Assembly: GCF_964204865.1 (NCBI RefSeq)
Contig: NC_135263.1
Span: 2,418,001-2,482,000, forward strand
Source of the DNA: Styela clava
Taxonomy: Eukaryota
Reading direction: 5' to 3'
DNA length: 64,000 nt
A program made the position numbers and the translations under genes. Below the pieces are notes generated by a model. It saw only the letters and a list, made by a program, of their open reading frames with translations, was not told the origin of the DNA and searched no databases. Shown here in pieces: positions 1 to 13,668 of the stretch. The stretch's first letter is position 1; each line of letters opens with the position of its first letter.

Positions 1-522
1 ATGGTACCCTCCGAGGAAGAAAATACTCTTTCGACCTAGTTGTCTTCGTCTCGACAGTTCATGAACTAAGGAGGCTCAGTGAACAGGTTTCAATTATTAG
101 CCACAGGGTGACTTTTACACAAAGATAACTGCGAAATGAACAGCGATCAAAATAAACTGGCACTTTTGGAACAATTTTCTCTCTACAATATTGCTGCCGG
201 ATTCCCCTGCATTGGCAATGATTCATAATGGGCGCCGACCGGCTTGTTTTTAGTAAAGGCGACCAATCGCTTCCCTATTTTGCTATTACTTGAATATTTG
301 TTCGGTTCCAATTTTGTTCTAGTTTTGAGAGAAATTGCGCCACAGCGCAACTTTTCAATAAATTAACATTGCTCTCTCGTTTTATCAATATCGTCTTTTT
401 CAGTGGTAAACAAATGGGAGTTTGATATGATTCTTTAAAAAGGATGTAATCATGGAATATACCGAAGTTATAGCCTAAAAAATGCTGTACTTTTTAGTAT
501 TATTAATAAATCTACTACTCAC

Positions 523-789
523 CTGAAGATTAACGTTTCTCTGGATAGCTTGAAGTACTCGCAGAGTGTGCGCAGGATGGATTAAACAATTCGCCAGCAT
601 AATTTTTTCCAACTTCGAATTTTCCAAAACTGATATCAATTTTTCGAAGCAATACTTTGGGATATGGGCAAGTTTTATCACGCGACCGCATTGCTCCGGA
701 TGAATTGACATTAACCTGTCTTCATCGTAAACATTTTTAAAAATAGATATTCTAGGAAAGTACTTGGTCCGCACTTGCTTGAAATTCAT
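523..789 (-). CDS. Gene 3, first coding exon (exon A) of the LRR+IDR family; rest of the gene lies left of the window
   Basis: ATG in aaaATGa context; 267 nt, same length as gene 1 exon A; MNFKQVRTKY...CGRVIKLAHIP...SKLEKIMLANC...IQRNVNLQ aligns with exons A at 63698-63964 and 35588-35866; donor CAG|GTGAGT; upstream acceptor ttgacag| at 819-820. Confidence 0.85.
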
Positions 790-2056
790 TTTGTAACAAA
801 AATTAGGAATCAGTATGCCTGTCAAACAAGAAAACATAATATGGTGGTTGCTGTCAGTGTTGGAGGGAGGGGGGCGGTAGGGGATAATTGATTCCAGTTA
901 TCTGAATGAAATGACAAGGATTCGTCATCAACTAACCTCCAGAGACATTGAACTTAGTGATTGACTCGAGTCCCGCCTTTTATGAATCGTGACTCGACTT
1001 GACTCGGGTCTTCCAGTGAACACTAATTGCTAATAATGGTTTCTTCCAGGTTTACTAATAATAGGTATTCAATAACTGTACTAACAGTCACCTTTTTTAA
1101 TTGTATACACAGACGTTGTCCATAAGGAAATATGCTTATACATTTGTATATATTATTTTCAAAGCTTATAAGAAAGTAAAGCATTCAATACCTATACTAG
1201 AAGCGAACTTTGCAATTTTTTTAATTGTACACGCACAGGCAGTCCATATGAAAATGATACAGTTACATATCTATTTTGTTTTGAAACAATAATAAAATGG
1301 ATTGCCATAGTCATGGTCAAAAATCAAAGAAAGTTATATTGTTTGCTTCTCGTCAGCTGTGTTGTGTCATAGGGATTATTGGTGATATTTGAAGAAGAGA
1401 AATCTCAAAAAAAGTTAGTCATTAAATTTAAAATCATTTTTATCAGCATCTAGGCCATGGTGATTATTTTTAACAATACAAAACAATTGGCTTTGGGGTT
1501 ATTCCTGTTCTCAAGACATAACAAGTTTCAATAAAAATATATTTCTGTAATTCGGAAAATAGTTCAAAACAAGGCACAGAATAAACTTAACTGATACCTG
1601 TCCCCTTCATATATATCCTGTATATATTCGGCTATATATAATCACCGTGATCTCCTATGCAACAAAGAATGCGTTGCATGAGCCGTTGTAAATCTAATAG
1701 GCTGCTGTAAATTTTTATGCTATTGAATCACAAATATTAAAACCCTTTGAACATTTTGCTACTCTTGACTGTAGTTAAATGACACGCATCCATAACTGTA
1801 TCACGCTCAGCCGTACTAAATTGAGCGGTAATCTCTTACCCTGCATATGTATTCAAAAAGCATTAAAAATTGATTGAGATTTATTCAACGAGGACAAGTC
1901 TTTGTTTGAGTCTGCATTGATTTAGTTAATCATAAATCCATTCTGCAAGCGACTTCAACGAAACACAGGTATCTTTATCTCAATTACTTATGACAAATAA
2001 AATATCCATATTTGATCGACTATGAAGAGATGATGTCGAATCTTGTCGACACAAAT

Positions 2057-2439
2057 CAGTGGTTCTCAAACGGTGGGGCGCGCCCTACAAGGGGAGCGTA
2101 GAAGCTAATTAAATATAAAAAAAATATTAGATTTTATCTTGCTCGCCTTATTTTGGATATTTACGATGTGCATTGTCCACCACAACATTTCGAAATAAAC
2201 ATCTTGTCAGTCAAAAACAACTTCACTATTAAAATACCAACAAGTTTTGCTTATTTTCAAAACTCTTAATTTATTTCATTATTTACGTCCCATCCACGTA
2301 TTTTCAACATGTTTTGGAATAACATACTTTCGCTTTATATTTGTTATTTATAGCTTGTTGGCTAGTTATTTTTAAAATGGTGTGCTAGACTCACAAATTC
2401 TAAGAAGGGGACGAGGCTTGAAAAATTCGAGAAGCACTG
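2057..2439. mobile_element. hAT-type MITE family 1 (CAGTGGTTCTCAAA ends)
   Basis: TIR-like ends; interior shared with copies at 4769, 9660, 28775, 54829 and 58824. Confidence 0.75.
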
Positions 2440-2670
2440 AATTAAATAATGACCTCAGTTCAACATGTTGAGTTTATGCAAATTACATGTTAAACCAAGT
2501 CGAAACTATTCTCTAACATAGTCATATAAATCTGGAATAAGTGTGGTTATACAGACATTTAGGCCCACGGACATTTGTAATCAAACATTTCGATCCACGC
2601 AGGCTTGAGCACAAAATTACGTTTATCAGTGGCTTGTGCCATGGGCACAATTTAGACAGCGGCGAAAAGT

Positions 2671-2958
2671 TTCAATTGTGAAAAGTTCTGATAATCTGAT
2701 TTAAACCTAAATTAAATAATACACGCATTTTTACTTTAATAACGTACAATGATTTCCAACAACAGCCATTAATAAATATTGTTAATAAACAATCAATCAA
2801 TCTTTAATAACCAATTCAATTGTGAAAAGTTCTGATAATCTGATTTAAACCTAAATTAAATAATACACGCATTTTTACTTTAATAACGTACAATGATTTC
2901 CAACAACAGCCATTAATAAATATTGTTAATAAACGATCAATCAATCTTTAATAACCAA
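2671..2958. repeat. Near-perfect 144-bp tandem duplication
   Basis: ttcaattgtgaaaagttctg...taataaccaa starts at 2671 and again at 2815. Confidence 0.9.
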
Positions 2959-3508
2959 TTCAGGAAGCCACAACTCAAATCCTACCACCCAAAGCCGCGT
3001 CTGATTACCAACCTTAGTAGGCTTAGTAGGAAGTTGTTGAGCCTCGTTGCATTTTCAAACTATGGGCGCCATTTAACGTTGATACGCTACTGACGTTCAT
3101 CAACAATGTGCGACGTGTGGTCCGAAACGTTTGCAAGCGTAAGTACGTATTAGCGTCGTTTCATATGCGGACGTAATAAACGGACGTATTGACGAAAAGC
3201 ATGACCCGAGACATCCACCTAATAGGTACCATGTTTCAGTATTGCGAAAATTCGACGATGAGTAAATATTGGCAACTTCGATTGTGTTTATTGTAAGACA
3301 GAGTGGAAAAGTTATGACTCGCGTCTTCTAAAACGATGACTGGACGACGCGTATAAACATGCCAGGCTTAAATTCGTTTGGAATCGTTTAAATATATAAA
3401 ATACGCACATACATAACCTTTGGTGAGTTTGGAAATGGTTCTTCTGGAGGTGCGCTTTGTATTTTACAGAATAGCTGCCAGCACAGCACAGACTTAGAAT
3501 AACCTATT

Positions 3509-4414
3509 CAGGTTGTCCAAGGTTGTCGGCCTCGCGGGCTACACTCATATTTCTGCATAATTCGCGAGCCACAATAGTGCCAAAAATAGGTAAACAGTGC
3601 AATACAAACGAAACACCTTATTGTCCAAACACATTATTCATTATTTGTCATTTATCAAGCTAAAACATGCAGAAACCACCAAAAAAACTCACTAAAACGT
3701 GCAAAAATCTTACTATATCTACATTTAGTGACTTTAGTGTAAGGTTTCAAACTCTTCATAACGGATAAAGTGTCACAAGGAGAAATGCCGTTTCAGATTG
3801 TACAATCCAATACAACTTGCAGACATACCACGCGAGCATTGTGGTATTTTTCCTCCCATGTCTAGTAAAAAATCTGTTTGAATTGATCAGCTTTCTTTTC
3901 AAACTCATGATTACAAAATAACTGCAGATTGATTGATTACCGAATTTGACCAAATTTTAGATACAGGAGGTTAATTACAAAATTTTCCGACTTATAGGCA
4001 GCATTTTTTTCTAATACTCTTTAGGCTTTAGGCAAAAAAACATCCGGCAGGAATTATATTGTTCGGCCATAACATTGATATTTCGTTATCATGCATAGTC
4101 AACCTAGGCTACTAGATTCCTCATTCGATTTTTATTTTCGTATGAAGCCTATTTAGTTAGCATATATTCCCAACCAAAAAGATAGAAACTCAGTTAACAA
4201 TTTAGACTAGCCAAACACATTATTCAACCTCGCTAGTTGCCCAGCTAGCCATAACACTAGTCAATTCAGTGACATTAGTGATTTAGCAATATGTCAAAAG
4301 ATTTTTCTGGTTATTTTTATGACGAAACAACACCAAATGCGATTTTTTGTTCACCCTCCCGCAAATGCGAAGCGGACCACATGTGGCCCGCGGGCCTGGG
4401 TTTGGAGCACCCTG
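3509..4414. mobile_element. Degenerate hAT-type non-autonomous element
   Basis: CAGG...CCTG ends with ggcccgcgggcc subterminal motifs; TSD eroded. Confidence 0.55.
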
Positions 4415-4768
4415 AGCTATGTATTCTAATCTGCACAAGGTTGATAAAATCATACATCTAACGTGAAATAAAAAGTTCTAAACATTTTACAATAGAAGGA
4501 AAACTATTACCAAAAAAAAATTTATCAGCTCATTTACAAGATACCAAACTCAATATGTTGATATAGTACTTACACAATAAATGTTTGCGCTACAAATGAG
4601 ATTCAATGTGTACCAGCTGATTCTTGCCTAAAGCCCTGTTTTTTTCTGGTGAAGATACCGCATAAAAATATTTCTTTATGATCCTCGCTGTGTTTCTTGT
4701 TGGTTAGCTGTTGTTTAATTGATTCTACTGTTTTCTATAATATAAATCAAGCACTTTAGTTTCTAAAC

Positions 4769-5083
4769 TAGTGTTTCTTAAACGGTGGGACGCGCCCCAC
4801 AAGGGGGCTGTAGACAATTTGTCGAGAGGGCGTGAAGCTAATTAAAAATAAAAATATTTGTTAGATTTAATCTTGCCCGCCCTATTTTAGATATTTACAT
4901 GTCTTTATTATTTACATTTCTATATTATGTACACGTATTTTCAACGTGTTTTTGAATAAAACATACTCCCGCCATACGATCTGTTATTTGTAGTTTATTG
5001 TTAACTAGATATTTTAGGGGTTGGGCGCGAAACTTGAAAAATTTCAGAAAGAGTGCTCGGCTCAAAAAGTTCGAAAACCACTG
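4769..5083. mobile_element. MITE family 1 copy
   Basis: TSD ttctaaac / ttttaaac. Confidence 0.8.
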
Positions 5084-5218
5084 TTTTAAACGTTTTGTGT
5101 TTGACATATACTTGAAAAAGCGTGAAATTTTGTGTCATAGTGAAGAATATATGGCATAATGTATTTCAGAGCAGGCTTAACAATTGCGAAGCCCCAAGCG
5201 AAGTGGATTGTTCTAGGC

Positions 5219-6863
5219 CAGGGATGGCGGACCTTTTTCAATGAATGGGTCAAAAATCATATTTTTATCGCGGAACAGAAGAGAGTGGGTCACAGATATT
5301 TAATCAATGTTTGAATATATAAGAAACTTCTGAAACAAATCGTAATACAACGGTTCTGTTAATATTGGTGTAGTTTAGTGCTTTACTTTACAGGCCTTTA
5401 TCAGGAACTTTTTATGGCACTCGATTAAGAGTGCGAAAACACACATATGAATTACGTTTAGGATGATGCGCCAAATTATTTTACGGTTCCAAAGAGTTTG
5501 AAGGGAACTTCAATCTGATAGTGCTATATTTTTATATCAGCTTTAACCATATTAAAAGCACTTTCACACTGCCCCATTGTTATTCCAGATTTCTAGGTTT
5601 TTATTTCAAGTCTGAAAGATTTTGTATTCTCAACGGCTTTGTATGCGAGAAACTAATAAAATGCAAAGTAGCATCTCGTTCTCGTACAACCTGCAGATGC
5701 ACTTCTGAAAGAGACAAGACGTTGCGAGGAATGAACATGCATTGGATTGTTATGTCATAAACGATGTCAGAGCCAATAGCTGAATATAGGGTTTTATCAA
5801 TTCTAAAAAAACTCTTTAATTGGATAAAAAAAAACATCGTGTTTTAAAACAAAGGCTTGTTTTAAATCCCTTTTTTCTGTATTTTTTGTATTTTTTTTAT
5901 TGAAATACCCCTTGCATCGCCGCGAAACTACGCCAAAACGTTGCATTCGATCAGCTGAACACGCAGCCGGAATTATAATTTTAAAAATGTAAGTAAAAAT
6001 TCCTATTTGGATTTTTACTTCTATTGCGTACATTTATCACCATTTTCGTATCTCCACAAAAGTCATAAGATTTTAACCGGAATGTTTATCAGAGATATCA
6101 AAGAGACGAAAAATCATGAAAATTGGCTCACAAGCCTACTACGAAATTATTTAGAAGAATGGCAGCCTTCGACAAAAAGAGTGGTTTGCGATAATAAAGA
6201 AAAAGCTTACATCGACGGCGGATGAGACACGCTAGCCTGGCCTATGTTAATTGTAAGTCCTCTGATGCAAAGACGCCTCAACTAATCTGTTATGACGCCA
6301 TGATGTGGATTTCGAGTTCATGTATTGACATTTTTTTCATAAAATGAAGGCATTATTACGGTTAATACTGTTCGGTTAATTTATGCTTAGCAAGCTTTGT
6401 TTATAAGGTTGAAGTTATAGAGTTTTTCAAGATTATACAAACTCATTTATTCGATCGCATTTCAATTTTCGCAAGGTGGTTTCGTCGCGGGGTCGTTTAC
6501 GTAATGGCGTTACGTTATCGGTTGCGTCGTACTGCGCCAACCACTGAGATACAACCTGAGAAAGTGTGCATGAGCCTCTATCGTTATTTGTGGCGTTTTG
6601 AAGAATTTATTGCAAATAAGAAGCGCTTGGCAAGTTTTTGCATCCCTTTTCTTCAACCTATCCAATACAAAAAAAATAGTACAGCCATTTTGAACAAAAC
6701 AGGCAAAAAAACTTGATTTAGAACAATTGTTTTAAAACTATTCTTTTTGAACAAATCACTATGAATAACGGCACACAACGGTTAGCATGTTATCATTTTT
6801 TCTATTTTATTCGTGCCTTGGCGGGTCACGAATAAACCGCGAGTCAGTGGTTCGCCATCCCTG
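5219..6863. mobile_element. hAT (Buster-like) non-autonomous element
   Basis: TIR CAGGGATGGCG...CGCCATCCCTG; perfect 8-bp TSD ttctaggc. Confidence 0.88.
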
Positions 6864-9659
6864 TTCTAGGCCCTGTTCAGATAGAAGAAACAAAATATTC
6901 GACAATCCAGGTTTTGTAATTAAAATGCTATCCGCCTAAACGCGCCATAAAAACCAAATGTGCTGTAAAAAATGGGAGCCAATCAATTGGGGATTATAAG
7001 CATCCTTAAACCTTAATGCTTATTGTTCAAACGATAATTTGCTCACCTAGTTTAGTCATATTTTAGCATTTTTCTATTCGATTATGAAAATCTGTATATA
7101 TGTAACCAGGGTTGTGAGCAAAATTCGTATTTTCTGGTAGAGAATATGAAACGTAATGCTATTCACAAATTATACTGACAATACTGTACTTTTAGCGACC
7201 AGAAAAATTGCCTACATTGCCAAGCATAACACGACTTGATTGCACTCAACTTGGCTGATTTAAACCGAATTAATAACCAACTCAGGAAGCCTAAGCTCAA
7301 AACCAACCACATAAAAAAAGCTGCGTCCGACTAGCAACCTCAGTAAGCTATTAATAGGAAGTTGTTCCGCTCCCCTTGCTAAAACAGAAATACTCAATAT
7401 GCACAAATGTTTGAACAGTGAATCTCGTGATTTATTGTTTGTCGACAATGAAAGGTGTGTCACCACAAAGGTCAATATCGGTCAATAGGTGCATACTTTA
7501 TATTAGTTATAGTCAACTCTATCAAAATTCAATTATATTGAAAATGAACGTTACAAAGTTGCTATACGATGCTATAGTTTCCACCATGGTAAAGTCCGTC
7601 AGTTGTCGATGAGCAATAATTTACTCAACGTGTTTAATATATGATTCTCGTCTCGCATGAAATAAAAGAAACACTTTGTATCATTCAAAATATTACTTAT
7701 GGGCCGATTGTCTGACTCATTAATATATAAAGGAACTTGTCTTTTTGTTTTATTATAAAAAATGAAAAAAGAGTGTTTGCATAAAATGATTACTCACGGA
7801 TTAATTGAAAGTTTTTCTTACAAAACAAATTTCTTTGTACCAGCAGTACCTTCTTTCATAGAGCTTTGTTCGAAGCTGTAGGAAACCTAATAAAAAGATT
7901 ACCTGGACAAAAAGTTCCCCCGTATATACTTGATCAAGGCAATCCCAAACTGTTTTATACCTTAAGTTACTTATTGTTAATTCTATCAAATTAATCATAT
8001 AATATCTAAGTAACTTTATAACTGTAACATGAATTCCTATTCGTAATACGATTATATTGTTTTTCTCAGGTTAAAATTCCTCGAATATCGCTGAGCAATG
8101 ATTTACTCGTCGTGTTTAAATATATTCCGTATGCAATGAAATAGACAAGACACTTCGTTCCGTTCAAAATATTACTACTGGGCCGATTGCTTGACTCACA
8201 AATATATCGGAAATTTTTATCTCCTATTCATGGGCACGCAGTGTACATATCGAGTGCTTTTCTCGTTGGCTACTGGACCAATTGCTTCGAAATGTTTAGT
8301 GATTGAAAATTGTATTTTTTCTCCATAAGGGTATTACTTTTACTTAGTTAAAAATTTCTTTTGGTTCTAAGGGATCCGTGTTTGTGTGTGCGGTGACGTC
8401 ATCATAATAGAAAACTGTGCACCTTGTGGAGATTCCGCGTTCGCGATCTGGTGGCCAGGTGAGTGAAGAATGCGGTACCGGTAGTCGACTGTAAGAAATT
8501 GCATACCCGTACCACCCGCCTATATATTTGAGCATCGATCACTTATTAATATAAAATAATAGGAATGGTTGCGAAGAATGAACAAATAATTTTCAGAAAG
8601 GCTGAAGAATTAAAAAACGTTTTTATGCGACTCTCGACTCAGATTAGAAAATTCCAGTTTCAAATATCAGTAAGGATATATATAATCGCTTTCAGGTCCT
8701 TGACAATAGTAGATGTCTGTGTCGGTTAAATAAGCCTTTCATAAAATCTGAATATAATATAAGTTTGAACCGGGCGCTATCAGACACCGATATTGGTTTA
8801 CTTAGATCGGGTGTACAGGGTAAACTGCAATGGGAGTACAGAGCTCACGATTACATGCATTTTTAAACATGAATATATTCTTATCTTTTTCGTAAACGCT
8901 ATTAGTGTGAAAAGATTGATGATCTCAATAAAAGAATTCGACTTGTTTAATAGCATTTGCATTTTAACTTTGGAGCCGTGCCTGTCCTAAAACAATTTAT
9001 TATTATCGTTTTTTGATTTCTATTTATAAATTTTTTCCAAGGTTTTCAGTAACTGTCCACCCATCGTAGACAGATTTCGAATTCGGAAAGCATATCGCCA
9101 CTGATGCTAGTGATTTCTTGAAATCTGCGATAAATGTTTAAAAAATGAAAAGAGTCGAAGTGACTCCAGTGATTTAAATGAAAATAATCGGACTCCTCTT
9201 CAACTAACACCCAACTAACCAAGGTTGTGAGCAAAATTCGTATGTCATGATAGAGATTATGAAACGTAATTATATTCACAAATTGTACTGTACCCTTAGC
9301 GAGCAGAAAAATTTTCTACATTGCCAAGCAAAACACGACTTAATTGAACTCAAATTGACTGTATAACTATAAAATCATACGTCTAACGTGAAATAAAACT
9401 GCTTTCAACAATTCACCATAGAAAAAAAAACTATTTAAAAAATATTAATCAGCTCATTTACAAGATACCAAACTTAATGTGTTGATTTGCGCTACAAAGG
9501 AGATTCAATATGTACCAGCTGATGCTTGCCTTGTTCTAAGATGAAGATACCAAATGAAAAAATTTATGTATGATCCTCGCTGTGTTTCTTGTTAGTTAGC
9601 TGTTGTTTAATTGATTCTACTGCGTTTCATAATATAAATAAGCACTTCAGTTTTTGAAC

Positions 9660-10211
9660 TAGTGGTTCTCAAACAGTGGGGAGCGTCCCATAAGAGGGAC
9701 AAAGACAATTTTTTGGGCGCTCCCGTATTATGTGCAATATGATGGCGGACACCTGAACGTAGTGTGTGTACCAGCAGAGGGTTAGGTCATAATTTTATTC
9801 CAAATTTCATTATTTTAGTTCTATTACGAGTTCGTGAACTACCCAAGTGACTCCCGTAATATTTGTACCTGGAATTATGATCTAATCCTAACCTGTTATA
9901 CATATCACGTTCCGGTGTCCGTCATCTTGTTGCACATACTACGGAAGTACTATTTTTTGAGAAGGGCGTGAAGCTAGTTGAAGCTAAAAAAAAAATTGGC
10001 TGGATTTAATCTTGCCCACCATGTTTTGGATATTTACATTTCTTTATTGTTTACATTTCTATATTATGTACACGTGTTTTTGAACAAAACATACTTTTGT
10101 CTTACTATCTGTTATTTGTAGATTATTGTTAGCTAGATATTTTTGAAGTGGAGCGCGAGACTTGACAAATTCTAGAAAGAGAACACGGATTAAAAAGTTT
10201 GAGAACCACTG
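9660..10211. mobile_element. MITE family 1 copy interrupted by a foldback MITE
   Basis: Colinear with 4769-5083 apart from the insertion at 9716-9951. Confidence 0.8.
9716..9951. mobile_element. Foldback MITE family 2 (GG-ended, 8-bp TSD; Merlin-like)
   Basis: Long TIRs; TSD attttttg on both sides. Confidence 0.8.
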
Positions 10212-12414
10212 TTCTAAATGTTTTTTTTGTGACTCGTACTTAAAATAGCGTAAATTTTTTCTGGTAGAGATTATAAAGCATAATGCATTTTAGGACAGGA
10301 AATATTTTATCGCTTTCAGGTCCTTTTTAATTTATATTTATAAATTCTTCCAAGATTTTCAGTAACTGTCCACTCATTGTATATAGATTTCGAATTTGTA
10401 AAGCATACACTACCGATGCGAATGATTTTTTGAAATCTGCGATGAATGTTTTTAAAAAATGATCATATTATATAAAATGTACGCAAGGCAAACTTTAAAT
10501 CAGAACATTTTAACCGCGATAAAGTCATGACGACGGCGACATGTAGCGGTGGTAAATTCAGCGCACCTGACACAGCCACTCAATACAGGTAAACTATCAA
10601 GCGTCCATGTATTTATCACCTTTCAAATGAGAGATTTGGGATGCACATTGTTTCAGATAGATATAAAAACCAAACCTAATGCACATAGCCATGGGAAGGT
10701 ACTTAGGAATTGACTACCAAGCTAATATTGCTGATGTATTTGTACCGAGTACCTAAACCTATAGTACACGCTCACTCATAGACTAGAAAAGGCGAATGCC
10801 ATGCATACTATATTTTATTTTCTGGATTTGGTTGGTATGGACGCCAGAATATAAAATTCGTTTCACAAAAAATAGAATCATAGTTATGATTGGTACACAC
10901 ATTTCTAGAACGCCATATACTTGACCCCCGGGAACCTTAAAAGCACTGTAGAAACTAGTGAATTATGTAGATCCTGATTGGCGAGTTACGCGATAGTTGC
11001 CAGCCCGAAAAAAAATATTTCAGTATTTCATGACCCCGCTATTAATTTTAAATTGGATACTCAATAGATGCTATTCAATATGTCATTAATCGGACAAAAA
11101 TTATTAAGATTAATTAAATGCGTACTCTGAGCGACCCCTGGTAACTCTTGTCGGACTGTGGACAATTAAAAAAGGAAATTGTCTCGCGTATAGGTTTTTA
11201 AGAATTCATAAATTTTCAGCAAATAACTCATTTGTTTGCGCTATTCCGAGTAAATATTGTCACAAACACTCAATACTGCAATATCGGTTTAATACTTGTA
11301 ATTTGTTTTGTTCGGATCAAAAGGTTGAAGTTCATATACATAATTGCACTGAATACAATTATGATAAATATTTTAATATTGCTATCAATGTGAAAGCATG
11401 AAAAAACGTTTCAAAATGCCGCAGAAAACACCAGAACCGAATAACGCCAACATTTCGTTCAGCGAACAATATGTCAATGAATGCCTCTTACGCCTTCAGG
11501 AATTTCCCATAGGTAAAAAATGTTTTGGTTGTTGGTAACGCATGCCAGTCTTAAACTATATTAAACCTTCGTACTAACTGAACACGAAATGGACCTATAG
11601 ATCGTTCTGTTATTATGTCCTTGTTGTTCATGGTATTTTCCCCCATAACTACTGGACCAATTACCTTAAAATTTTAAGTGTTCAAAGTATTTTTTGCTAC
11701 AAAGTTATTACTTTCATTTTCTGCAAGATCTGATATTTCATCTGGAATTCGCTTTATAATTTTGGTATAAAGTCTGGGAACTTAACTTTATGACATTGTA
11801 ATTGATGCCTTCAACGGTTTATGACATCGTGAAGGCTGGTACCGTTAGTCTACTCATGATCTGTAAGTCTGTGACAGATTTAATTGCATGCCCGCGCTAC
11901 GGCGTTTTGAATTTCGTATCCGTATATTTGAGCAACGCTCTTTTTTGTTTCAAATAAGTAATCAAATATGCCACTCGGAGAAATATAACGGCAAATGATT
12001 ATGATTCGACAAAATGCGGATCGGCAAATCGAAATCAGAAAAGAATGAAAAGCATTCCAGGCACTGCCCTATTAGTGCACCACCAGTTTAGCAAGACAGG
12101 AAAATTCAGTTTTCTGTAAATAGTTCAAGAATGGAGTAAAATGTTGTTGGAAAAATCGTAAGGATTTATGTTTTACCGCAAATGCCACAAAATTGTATTT
12201 AAAAAAAAGAATGTTGAACATTTTGGGGCCCGCTCCCTACCCCTAGCTACGCCTATGTAAGGTACTGTTATTGCTCCACCAATAATTTCAAAAATCGTTT
12301 CTTCAATTATGTTTATCTCTGGTTAAGTTATGGTTATGTTAGTGTGGCGACGCATTGTTTGCTCAGAATTTAAATTTAGTGTGTTATTGTTTGCAACACC
12401 GAGGGCATTGGAGC

Positions 12415-13668
12415 CAAGGTTGCCATATTGGCTTTTTACCGCCAAATTTCACAATTTTGGCTTTTTTGAAACACGTTTGGCATCAGAATTTTTGTTTGGC
12501 TTTTTGATGTTCATTCTACTGCCTATTATAAAAATCAAATAAAATACAATGTCGGTATTTTGTGTGCAACAATAGCAAGCTTACCTACTCAACATTTACA
12601 TTTTCCCTTAGCCACAAGCCACAACCAATCAAAAATAAGTCAACAATGGCATACCAATTGCAATTGTTGCAGCCGCTCAGATAGATGTTCAAGCAGGCCT
12701 CGTTTTCATCGTTTTGCGTGTTATTTGTCAGTTTATTTCTTCAACACTTCATGACAATGGACCTTTCCCCGAGCATCGACTTCCTTGTTTACTTCGTGAC
12801 ATTGGCCAATCAGCAAGATGCAAAAAAGTGACGTAACAATGCCCCCTTTTCGCATCCGCTCAGACACTTTTCTTACTCAGACAGATTTTCAAGCGTGGTT
12901 GTAAACATTACCTCGTTTTCGCGTTTTTGAACTCTATTCGTTAGTTTTCAGTTGTGTTTCGGAAACTTAAATAAAAATCAGATAATTCAATGATCACTCT
13001 GTCTTCCTAGGAGTTTTAATTTAATTGCAGTAATAAAAATTAGTGTAGAAATAGCTGTGATAGACTAGCCTGAAATTCTTTACCGGTACTTTTAAAAAAC
13101 AGATTGTTGTATGCGATGAATCATAATGATGGTTTGAAACACAAACCCCATTTTACAGGCGCCAACTCGTAAAAGCACTCTTAAAATAGCCCTGAAAACT
13201 TTGCAATGGCAAAGTATAGGAAGAATTTTCCGGGGGTCAAAGGTCGGGGAAAGGTCCATTATAAAATAAGCATAAAATATTTTTCAATATTGAAATATCG
13301 GAAGAATTTTCTGAGGTATATATGTATATCGCAAGCTTTAAGATGTTTTTAAATTGTTATGTAGATGTCAGCTTGATAGATGCCGGATATACATTTAATT
13401 CTTCCTTTCAATAATCTTTCTTATATGTAAACCTTCATCGTCATGGTAGCAACCGAAACTTCAACTTTCAGTGGGAAAAGACATTTGGTGTGGCTCGCGA
13501 AATCAACTGATGACTCTAAAATTCTAAATCAACATATTGAAAATTGTGCAAATCCACTATTGTGCTCGGAGTTTTAAATCTGTCAAATCATGTGACTTAC
13601 TTATTAAAATTGTTGGCTTTGTTCTGTTTTGATCTGGCTTTTTTCATCAGTGGGATCTGGCAACCCTG
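12415..13668. mobile_element. Non-autonomous DNA transposon with CAGGGTTGCCA-type ends
   Basis: TIR caaggttgcca...tggcaaccctg; TSD attggagc / attagagc. Confidence 0.78.
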
